Assembly (NCBI RefSeq): GCF_006345805.1
Contig: NC_043004.1
Span: 27,652,001-27,716,000 of the forward strand
Reading direction: 5' to 3'
Source of the DNA: Octopus sinensis
Lineage: Eukaryota
DNA length: 64,000 bases
Shown: positions 49,940 through 61,089 of the stretch, piece by piece
Numbering within the stretch: the stretch's first letter is position 1
Layout of the letters: the number at the start of each line of letters is the position of its first letter
Notes under the pieces: generated by a model
What the model was told of the DNA's origin: nothing
The model's database searches: none
Seen by the model: the letters and a program-made list of their open reading frames with translations, nothing else
Made by a program: the position numbers and the translations under genes

Positions 49940-50655
49940 GAAAAGAAAGCTCGTATTTGGCAGATTTCATAAGCAAACAATAGCCTTCAGTTCAACCTGC
50001 ATACACTACACTATATATTTTTGCACAATATGATCACTACCTTACATAGGAGATAAACCCTAAGTAGGGGTGGGGATGACATAAAGCCTTTAGAATTGTT
50101 CATAGGAAACAACGAAAGGATGACAAAGGATAGGATCTTCCGGTACAGGTGGTGGTTCACACCGCCATCTAGTCAAGGGGGTGGAAGGATGAATGCAGCA
50201 CCACCTAGGAGTGGTCAAGAACACAAGGGAGAAAAATATTCTTTTGAGATTTGTGTAACATAATTTAACAAGACAGCAAATGTTGACAATAGTAAAATAG
50301 AATTGAGAAATTTGAGAGTTTTCGGTCAGACAAACTAAGACAAAATTAGAGAAATAAGTGACTGTGTGATAAACTTCAAGAGATGAATGAACAAGTGAAT
50401 ATATTGCGGTTAAGGAAATGCGTGAACTAAGGTTATCTTAAGGCAACAACAAGGAAGACGAAACTATTGAAACTATATTTACATGTCTACATGGTAATGA
50501 AATAGGCAGAATAATGGAAAGAACTAATAGGGGTTTATCATCTGTGCAGAAATAGAAGGGTAGATGAAGAAGGTTGAAAAGACAAAACTTCTTATGTGAG
50601 CTTCTGGGATTCGTATTCTTCAGCAGAGGTATTGAAAACAAGTAGGGGAGTTCAA

Positions 50656-50714
<59 letters not shown>

Positions 50715-50742
50715 ACTACCTGTATGTATGTATGTATGTATG

Positions 50743-50772
<30 letters not shown>

Positions 50773-50780
<8 letters not shown>

Positions 50781-50998
50781 TGAGAATGTGTGTCTCTCTG
50801 TCCGTTTGTCTGTGTGTTTCCCTAAAACTTAAGAACTACGCAACCAATTTCATTCAAATTTTACACATGCCTTACTTAGGGTCCGGGGAGTGTCATGGGC
50901 AAAAAACTTCTTGCCTAGGGCGAGCCCACAGCAATATCATATCTTCTCCACTATTTCAGTATTACATATTAAAAGTAAAACAAAAACATCTCTCTGTT
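50773..50998 (+). mobile_element. 5' fragment of the Helitron-like element at 58239
   Basis: About 220 bp nearly identical to 58250-58460. Confidence 0.75.
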
Positions 50999-51179
50999 GT
51001 ATGTATATGGATGTGTATATATATACTTGTATATGTATAGCTGTATATATAAAGATGTATTTCTATAGATATACATGTATGTGAATACATGTATGTCTAG
51101 ATGTATATATATATAGATGTACATGTTATATGTACACATATATATACACATATATGCATGCATACATATATACACCCAT

Positions 51180-51209
<30 letters not shown>

Positions 51210-51210
<1 letters not shown>

Positions 51211-51644
51211 TAGGTGCAGGTGTGGCTGTGTGGTAACAAACTTGGGTCCAAAACACATGATCCTCAGTTCAGTCCCACTTGTGGTAACTTGGCATGCGTC
51301 TTCTGCTATAGCCTCAGACCAACCAAAGCCTTGTCAGTGGATTTTGTAGACAGAAACTGAAAGAAATCGATTATATGTATATGTATGTATAATGTAAGTC
51401 TATGTGTGTGTCTTTGTGTTTTTCCCTCATCACTGCTTCACAACTGGTGTTCGTTTATTTACATCCCCATAACACAAGAAGAAACTGATAGAATAAGTAC
51501 CAGGCTTATCAAAATATAAAAAAGCACTACGCAGTGTCTCATATTTTTGTTTGCCCACTCAGTTGTATCTATCAATTTATCTTTGTGAGTGTGTGTGTGT
51601 ATACATACATACATATATATATATATATTTACATACACACATAC

Positions 51645-51696
<52 letters not shown>

Positions 51697-52130
51697 ATTT
51701 CGTAGACAGGAACTGAAACAAATTAATCGTATACTCTTTTACTTGCTTCAGTCATTTGACTGCGGCCATGCTGGAGCACCGTCTTTAGTTGAGCAAATCG
51801 ACCCCGGGACTTATTCTTTGTAAGCCCAGTACTTATTCTATCAGTCTCTTTTGCCGAACTGCTAAGTGACAGGGACGTAAACACACCAGCATCGGTTGTC
51901 AAGCAATGCTAGAGGGACAAACACAGACACACAAACATATACATACACATACATACATATATATACATATATACGACAGGCTTCTTTCAGTTTCCGTCTA
52001 CCAAATCCACTCACAAGGCATTGGTCGGCCCGAGGTTATAGCAGAAGACACTTGCCCAAGATGCCACGCAATGGGACTGAACCCTGAACCATGTGGTTGG
52101 CAGGCAAGCTACTTACCACGCAGCCACCTC
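51210..52130. mobile_element. Convergent SINE family 1 pair (+ 51210-51510, - 51732-52130)
   Basis: tRNA-like heads at the outer ends, separated by (TA)n. Confidence 0.88.
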
Positions 52131-52225
52131 TGTATATATATATGTATGTATATAGGTAAGTGTATGTGTTTTGTTATTGGCAACATGAATGACAATGGTC
52201 AGAGACTACTTGAATTTTGCACATG

Positions 52226-52632
52226 TTGGAGTAACCAGCTGGGTTTGCCATTGCTAAAAGCCAAGAATTACTTACTATTGAAAGCCTGACCAACTGCAAA
52301 GATATCAACAATTTTTTTCTTCTTTTTCTCCTTCCTTTCCTTCTTTTCTTCTTTAACACCACTTTCAGATACAAACACACACACGCACATATATACACAC
52401 ACACTCTTTCACAAGACAATGATAAAAAGGAAATCCAGACAATTTTTTGAGAAGTTCCATTTTGCCCCCCTTGGAGTGACCAGTTGGGTTTGCCATTGCT
52501 AAAAGCCAAGAATTACTAACTATTGAAAGCCTGACCAGCTGCACAGATATCAACAAATTTTTTCATCTTTCTCTCCTTCCTTTCCTTCTCTTTTTCTTTA
52601 ACACAGCTTTCAGATACAAAAACACACACACA
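52226..52632 (+). repeat. Local direct duplication of about 160 bp (offset 245 bp)
   Basis: TTGGAGTxACCAGxTGGGTTTGCCATTGCTAAAAGCC at 52226 and 52471, similar through the (CA)n tract. Confidence 0.9.
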
Positions 52633-52744
52633 CATCTGTGCATGCGCTCTCTCACTTTCTCTCCATTCCTCACCCTTTTATACTATCTTATATCTCTCCC
52701 CACCCTACACACTCAATAATGCTATAAAAAGAGACAAAATTCCT

Positions 52745-52920
52745 GCAAAGGTTCAATTTGACAACTCCACTAGAGTGGACGAAAGCGCTACTATATGATA
52801 TATGATTTATAACAACATGAAACATACTAATAAATATCTGTAAATATAAAACCATCCAGATTTCTGAGTACCTCATTTCTTCTAATATATAATACCTGTA
52901 CATCATCTCCAAACCTTCTA

Positions 52921-52925
<5 letters not shown>
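52745..52925 (+). repeat. Penelope-type AT-rich repeat with a hammerhead-like core (second copy on - at 59272-59420)
   Basis: AAAACCATCCxGATTTCTGAGTACCTCATTTCTTCTAAT is shared in opposite orientation. Confidence 0.6.
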
Positions 52926-52968
<43 letters not shown>

Positions 52969-53560
52969 AATATATATATGCACATAATATGTGTGTATGA
53001 ATATATATACATATATGAATATATATATATACATGTAAGCGTGAGGGCCGGATCAAAACTAAAACAATAAAGATATTGATATTATTTGGGTTGTGATGTA
53101 TATATAATTTATTTTTCTAAGCCTGTTTAGAGTTGGTTTCGTTTTCCTATTGTTTTATGAGTATCGATAAAGGTATATATATTTGAGTTTTGAAATAATG
53201 GGGTATATATGTAGATATAGCGTATATATCTTATTTAAGTTGTTGCTGTTTTGGCTCGTTGTTAGGTTGTGGGACGTTTCGTTTGTATTGTATTACTTTG
53301 TTTTTGATGTATGTATATAGTTAAAGGTTTTTTTCATTGACAGGTCAAATTGATTTTGTTTTCCGTTTTGTTTATGCAAACAGAACAATAGATACCTCCC
53401 CTACATTCTCATAGTCAAGTTTAAAATATTTAGTTTTGAATTAATATATATAAAATAATGTTCTAACAAAAATATATACATGTGTGTATGAATTGTATAT
53501 GTATGTAAATTGGAAAATATATATATATTTATTGATGATTAATTAAACTTGTGTGTGTAT

Positions 53561-54070
53561 ATGCTACTGGGAAAGACTCAAGAGATTAAGACTATTCCTT
53601 AGAGCGTAGGCGAGAAAGATATGCCATAATATACATCTGGAAGATCCTGGAAGGACTTGTCCCAAACTTTGGCATCGAGAGTTACACAAATGCCAGAACT
53701 GGGCACCACTGCATGATGCCAAGGACTCCAAATTTGCCATCAAGATGTAGGACAAGTTACTGTGATAGCCTGAGCTTCAGAGGCCCACAGCTCTTCAATA
53801 TCCTCCCAAAGAACCTGAGAGACCTGCATGGGGTGGATGCAGATGTCTTTAAAATAAAACTGAATCTCTTCTTGTCAGGTGTCCCAGATGAACCAACTTC
53901 ACAGCAGGAGGTGCAGATGAAGGCAGCTGCATCGAACTCTCTCATGCACCAAATGGCAATTGCTAAAAAGCATTCGTGAAGTAAAATCATGTAGCAACAC
54001 CAAATGGCGGTGCCCCAGCATGACCACAGCTCGTGAGCTGAAATTAGATAAAATAAAATAAATAAAAAAA
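53561..54070 (+). mobile_element. CR1/L2-group LINE 3' end (same subfamily as 18485-18978)
   Basis: [32 protein letters not shown], 3' stem-loop and A-rich tail. Confidence 0.92.
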
Positions 54071-54522
54071 TAAATGTATGTATGCATACATGAATGATAG
54101 GTGTGTAAATATGTGTATACATAAATGTCTGTATTGTGCCAATAAACCAATTATAGAATGGAATAGTTATTGAGCTAAAGTTGTGAATTTACAAAACTTC
54201 AGTTAGATTATTTACTTATTTATGATTAAGCATGTTCATATAGTGTCTTTGTAAAGAGTTAGAAATTATAAATATTTCCATTTGATATTTTTTGTCAAAT
54301 AGTTTAGAAGGTATCTTAATCCGATGAGGCATCATTACATGTTCAAACAGATTTGATTGTGCTAGAAAAACTTTGTTTATGAATGAAGTGGAAACAGTTG
54401 TCATTGATGAGATGTACCATTTGTTTCTATAAAATATTTACATTGAATTGAATTTATAATTGGTCAATTTATAGTTTTGTTTCGTTTTTCCATTTCTGAT
54501 TTACATTTATATATATGTATAT

Positions 54523-57500
54523 AGGTACATGAAGCTACTGCCCCTATGTCCCAGGGTCTCACAGGCACATACCTCCCACAACCTCAGGGTTAGCACTCTC
54601 AACGTCAGCTCACTGAAAGATAGGTCTGGTGAGATTGTTGAGATGCTTGAACAGAGATGTGTCGATATGTGCTGCATCCAAGAAGTAAGGTGGAGAGGAG
54701 GTTCTGCTAGGTTCCTCACAGGCAAAGAATGCAGGTACAAGATTTTCTGGGCACTGAACACTGATGGGGTTGGGGGTGTGGGTATTATTCTTGCAGAGAA
54801 ATGGGTAGATAAGGTAATCAAGGTAGTCAGAGTATGCGACACAATACTTAAGATTAGATTAGCACTCCATCATGGGTTAGCAACCATTATCTCGGACTAT
54901 GCCCCTCAGCCGGGGCTACCCGATGGACATAAAGACTGATTCTATGACACCCTCTTGCAGACTACCTTGTCGACGAATGACAGGGACCTTCTCTTTGTGA
55001 CTTCATGGACATGTTGGATAACAAACAGGGGGCTTCCATGGTGTACATGGAGGCTACGGTTATGGTTCCTGCAACGAGGAGGGAACCAGGCTGCTGCAGT
55101 TCTGCGATGCAAATGATCTTATGGTTTTGCAATACTAACTTCAGGAAACCTGCCAGTCACTTACCGATCTGGCAGACTACTAGCCATATTAACTACATCC
55201 TCACCAGAAAAAGGGAAATATGGCTGCTTATAAATGCCAAAACCTTCCCACACGAAGAATGTACCCCACAACATAGATTAATAGTTAGTGACTTCAGGAT
55301 CAGGGTTAAGTAGATGCTCAGACGACCAGCATGGAGGAGAAGGGTCTGGAAGCTTAAAGATTCTGCGAATGGACAGAGATTTAGAGACATATTACTTGAA
55401 GCCTTTGATGAAATAGAAGGGGATATAGCTTCACACGGTGTAGAAGACAAAATAACGTAGTGGAGGAACAATGTTGTAGTCAGGGCTATTAGAGAAAAGA
55501 CACAGGCTTGGAAGGACTGGAAGAATAATGGTAGCATGGAATTGTATTGGACTGCAAGAAGGGGAGCTAGGAGACAGGTTTATTTAGCTTGAGGGGAAGC
55601 AGATAAGGAAAATTTGCCAATGATCTGCACCGTGAAGACCAAAGTCTCGACACATTTCATGTTGCAAGACAGTATGTGAGAGAGAATTGTGATGTTGTAG
55701 GAGAAAAATGTGTCCGAATGGACAATGGTTCTCTTGCACTAAATGAGGCTGCAAAGAGAGAGGTTTGGAGATGCCACTATGAAAGGTTGCTAAATAAAGA
55801 AAATGAATGGGAGAAAATGAGTCTGCCGAATGTCAACCCAACAGAGGGACCAGCTATTCGAGTTGAGAGTACCTTGGTAGATAAAGCAAGTAAGGGTATG
55901 AAGACAGGGAAAACCCCCGGCCCATCAGAAATTACTGCAGAGATGCTCAAAATATCTGGCAGTGTTGGCTATAGCCTAGTCACCTGTATAGTTAACTAGG
56001 TGATACATGGAGTCATACCCAATGACTGGTGTAGCAGCATAATAGTAAACTGCTACAAAGGTAAAAGTGATGCTTTAGATACAAATAATTACAGATGTAT
56101 CAAGCTATTGGATCAGGTAATGAAGGTCACGGAGTGGGTCATAACCCAACTAATTAGGGAGAGAGTCAGTTTACATGAGATGCAGTTTGGGTTTGTGCCA
56201 GGGAAAAGCACCACCTATGCTAAATTTCTGGTAAGACAGCTGCAGGAGAAATACCTAGCTAAACATAAACCTCTGTACCTGGCTTTCATTGACATGGAGA
56301 ATGCCTTTGACAGGGTCCCCTGATCCCTTCTCTGGTGGTCAATGAGGAAACTAGGGATAGATGAATGGTTAGTGAGAGGTGTGCAAGCCATGTACTGGGA
56401 TGCTGTCAGTAAGGTGAGGGTTGGCAACGAGTACAGTGAAGAATTCCGGGTAGAGGTAGGGGTCCACCAGGGTTCAGTCCTCGGCCCCGTCCTATTTATC
56501 ACTGTATTTCAGGCAATAATGGAGGAATTCAAGATAGGTTGCCTCTGGGAGCTACTCTATGCTGATGACCTTGCTCTAATTGCTGAGTCACTATCAGAAC
56601 TAGAGAAATTTCAAGTGTGGAAGCAAAGATTAGAATTGAAGGGCCTTAGAGTCAACCTAGTTAAAACAAAAGTCTCTAATATGTAGGAAGGCAGGCAAAC
56701 CACAAATCCCTTCAGGTAGTTGGCCTTGCTCCACCTGTACAAAAGGCATAGGTAGAAACTATATAAGATGTACCAAGTGTAAGCTATGGACATATAAGAG
56801 GTGCAGCGATATCAAAGTAAGGCTAACTGGAAGATAGTTTTTTTATGTGGCAGATGCTCAGGAGCAATAAACACTGAAAATGTGCAGAGAACAACTTCTA
56901 CCACATTCCAGGGAAAAAAAACTAGAAGTACTTGTTAGCTTCTGTTACGTAAGAAGTATCAGAACCTAAGAAGCATCAGATGTGGTGTGCAAATGAGACA
57001 TCTGTTCTGGTATGGTCATGTGGCGAGAATGGATGTGGGTAGCTCTGGGAAAAAGTGCCACACCCTAGCAGTTGAGGGAACGTGTGTAAGTAGTAGACCC
57101 AGGAAGATCTGGGATGAGGTGATGAAGGATGACCTTCAAACATTGGGCCTCACCGAGGCAATGACTAGTGACCGAGACCTTTGGAAAAATGCTGTGCTTG
57201 AGAAGATCGGCAATCTCAAGTGAGACCATAACCTTTTGGCCTATGCCAGGGGTGCAACCAGCCCACTTCATGCATACCTTTCCCTCATTGGACATTGCAA
57301 AGACCTGTTGAGGCAAGTAAAATTGAAATTGAAATCAAATTCGATGATTGGCATCAGTACTAGTGGAGTGCTAAGAGCGTGATCATTGCCAGAGCAACAA
57401 GCTGGCCTCCGTACCAATGGCAAGTAAAAAGCACCATTTGAGCATGATTATTACCTGCATTGCCTTACTGACACTTGTGCTGGTGGCACGTGAAAAAAAC

Positions 57501-57786
57501 ATTTGAACGAGGTCATTGCCAGTGCCGCTGGACTGGCTCCTGTGCAGGTGGCACATAAAAAGCACCATTTGAGCGTGGTCACTGCCAGTACCACCTGACT
57601 GGCCCGCATGCCGGTGGCACATAAAATCACCCACTACACTCTCAGAGTGGTTGGTGTTAGGAAGGGTATCCAGCTGTAGAAACTCTGCCAGAACAGATTG
57701 GAGCCTGGTGCAGCCATCTGGTTCGCCAGTCCTCAATCAAATAGTCCAACCCATGCTAGCATGGAAAGAGGACGTTAAACGATGAT
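54523..57786 (+). mobile_element. Near full-length RTE LINE with two internal deletions
   Basis: APE and RT motifs as in 46371-49939; deletions near 55448 and 56950 relative to the other copies; complete 3' tail. Confidence 0.96.
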
Positions 57787-57823
<37 letters not shown>

Positions 57824-58183
57824 CTATGTATATATACATAGGTATATATGTTGAAGGCTGAAAAAGAACACGCGAGTTGATATGTATAAGGAAAAGTAGA
57901 AAATGCAAAAATAATTTTATCATGAAGAACATTTTAGTACTGGTTTCATTCTTTGTGACTTTTTCAACTTAGAGTAAAGCATGAAAAACAATTAAATTGT
58001 GGAAAAATTAAATTAAATTAAATGTTTTTTAAAATATTTCCATAGTTTTCAAATGTAACGGACATTTTCCTTTTTTCTGTCTGTCTCTTTTTTACTCTTA
58101 TACATAAATATACACATATAGACATATATACATATATATATACATATATATGCACACATATATAAACATAAATATATACATAT

Positions 58184-58235
<52 letters not shown>

Positions 58236-58238
58236 ATA

Positions 58239-59261
58239 TCTTTATATATATAAAACGGAGAATGTGTATCTGTCTGTGTGTTTCCCTAAAACTTGAGAAC
58301 TACACTACCAATTTCATTCAAATTTTACACATGCCTTACTTAGGGTCCGGAGAGTGTCATCGGCAAAATTAACTTTTTGCCTAGGGCGAGCCCACAGCAA
58401 TATCATATCTTCTCCACTATTTCAGTATTACGTGTTAAAAGTGAAACAAAAACATTTCTCTATTTTATGTCAGATACTTTCACTTTAACAATAAAAATAA
58501 TAATAACAATTGAATTATATGTAGTAAGTAATAATTAAAATCAAACTAAAGTATAATATAATCGTAACATAACAAAAGTAAAAATAGCAATTTGTATAAA
58601 ATTGCATCAATGACTTGAACTTGAATAGGTGGTTTCACATGAATGGGAATAAATTAAAAATAAAATTAGTGTGCAAAAATGGAAAAGTCCAGATGGATAA
58701 TAAAAAATTAAATTAAAGAAAAGACTATTGTCTATAAAGTATACAATGTAGAGAAAAAAGATTTGAAAACATGGAGGAAAGCACCTTCGGAAAGTGTCTT
58801 GGTGCGACTATGAAAGATATCTAATCAGAGGCGGTAAATTCGCCACAATAGAAACAAGGTTCGAGCCAACAGAGCGTGCAAGGGAGTACTCGACTCGAAC
58901 TTGCAAAGTGGAAATATTTTATTTTTACGTTTATATCTGGGACGTAGAACATCCCGGAAAAAAATTAAAAATGCCACCACCCCCCGAATTAGAGGTAGGC
59001 TGGATTGTAGCCACACTTCTATACAAGAGGGAGGACAACATACAATTGATTGAAATTCCAAGAGATGGGCTAACAATTCCAGTCTGTTATATATTTTGAG
59101 TATTGTTATCACTAACGATATCAAGATATAACTTTGTATTTTGTATTTTATGTGTAGATGTATATATATATATAGATGTACATGTAATATGTACACATAT
59201 ATATACACATATATACATGCACTAGCACTATGACCTGGCAACGACGGGTCTTTAATGCTAG
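58239..59261 (+). mobile_element. Non-autonomous Helitron-like element
   Basis: 5' TC...TATATAAAA, 3' hairpin GACCTG-N7-CGGGTC (59232-59250) and CTAG followed by T; no TSD or TIR. Confidence 0.7.
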
Positions 59262-59439
59262 TATATATATATATTAGAAGAAATGAGGTACTCAGAAATT
59301 CGGATGGTTTTATATTTACAGATATATTTATTTGTATATTATATGTTTTTATACATCATATAACTTAGATCATATATTAGCACTTTCTCCCATTCTAGTG
59401 GGGTTTTCAAATCGAACTATATATGTATATATATATAAG

Positions 59440-59722
59440 CCTCAGGCTGACCAAAAGCCTTGTGAATGGATTTTGTACACAGAAACTGAAAGAAGACCGT
59501 TGTATATTTGTGTGTGTGTGTGTATCTGCATTTTTACCCCCACCACTGCTTGACAACCGATGTTGCTGTGTTTATGTTTCCATAACTTGGCAATTTAGCA
59601 GATGACAGATAAAATCAATACTAGGATTACAAAGAATAAATCCTGTGGTGAATTTTTTCAGCCAAAGGTGGTGCTCCAGCATGGTCACAGTCACATGACT
59701 GAAACAGGCAAAACAATAAAAA
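59440..59722 (+). mobile_element. SINE family 1, headless copy
   Basis: GGTGGTGCTCCAGCATGGTCACAGTCACATGACTGAAAC 3' end. Confidence 0.85.
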
Positions 59723-59777
59723 AAAACTAACCCATTTTAATCCCGATCAAGGCTAGGTATCTCTGCTAGTATATATT

Positions 59778-59827
<50 letters not shown>

Positions 59828-59828
<1 letters not shown>

Positions 59829-60738
59829 TAAGAAGCATTAGATGTGGTGTACAAGAGAGACGACTGCGCTGGTATGGTCATGTGGCGAGAACGGATGAGG
59901 ATAGCTGTGTGAAAAAGTGCCACACCCTAGCAGTTGAGGGAACCTCTGGAAGAGGTAGACCCAGGAAGACCTGGGATGAAGTGGTGAAGCACGACCTTCA
60001 AACATTAGGCCTCACCGAGGCAAGGACTAGTGACTGAGACCTTTGGAAATATGCTGTGCTTGAGAAGACCCGACAAGCCAAGTGAGACCGTAACCTGTAG
60101 CCTATGCCAGGAGCGTAACCAGCCCGCTTATGCATACCTTTCCTTCCTTGGACACTAAACTCTACTTGCAAAGACCTGTTGAGGCAAGTGAAATCAAAAT
60201 CAAATTCGACAACTGGCATCTGTACTAGCAGGATGCAAAGAGCACCATACGAAGGTGATCATTGACAGAGCGGCTAACCGGCTTCCATGCCAGTGGCACA
60301 TAAAAGGGCACCATTCGAGTGTGATTGTTACCAGTGTCGCCTTACCGGTACTTGTACCCGTGCTAGTAGGGTGCCAAGAGCACCATCCGAGCATGATCAT
60401 TGTCAGAGCAGCCAACTGGCTCCATGCCAGTGGCACGTAAAAGAGCACCATTTGAGCATAATCGTTACCAACATCGCCTTACTGGCGCCTGTGCCGGTAG
60501 CATGTGTAAAAAGATTCGAGCGAGGTCATTGGCAGTACCGCCTGACTGGCCCTGTGCCAGTGACATGTAAAAAGCATCCACTACACTCTTGGAGTGGTTG
60601 GTGTTAGGAAGGGCATCCAGCTGTAGAAACTCTGCAAGATCAAGATTGGAGCCTGGTGCAACCATCTGGTTCGCCAGCCCTCAGTCAAAATCGTCCAACC
60701 CATGCTAGCATGGAAGGCGGATGTTAAATGATGATGAT
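59828..60738 (+). mobile_element. 5'-truncated RTE LINE
   Basis: RRLRWYGHVARTDEDSCVKKCHTLAVEG, 3' UTR units, palindrome, (GAT)n tail. Confidence 0.93.
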
Positions 60739-61089
60739 ATATATATATATATATATATAATATATATATATTTGAATGTGTATGAATTAGTTGTAAGGAT
60801 TCTTTGTGTATCAATGAATATCAACATATAAGATCTCAGAAAATGGTTAGGTACAAACATGGATCTCATGGTGAAATAAAGCAATGTTATAGGCTTCAAA
60901 GCATATATATGCAAGTACGATATTTAATTTGTAATCATCAGTCCAACTCACCAGTGAATCCTTTGTGTGGGTATAGAATAATAAATATGAATGGTTGTTA
61001 AATTTTGCGATAGCTATTTCAAGAAAATATTATTTAATGTTGTCAGGTAAAATTTTGAACAAGTAAGATTTTAAACAGTTGATCTAGAC

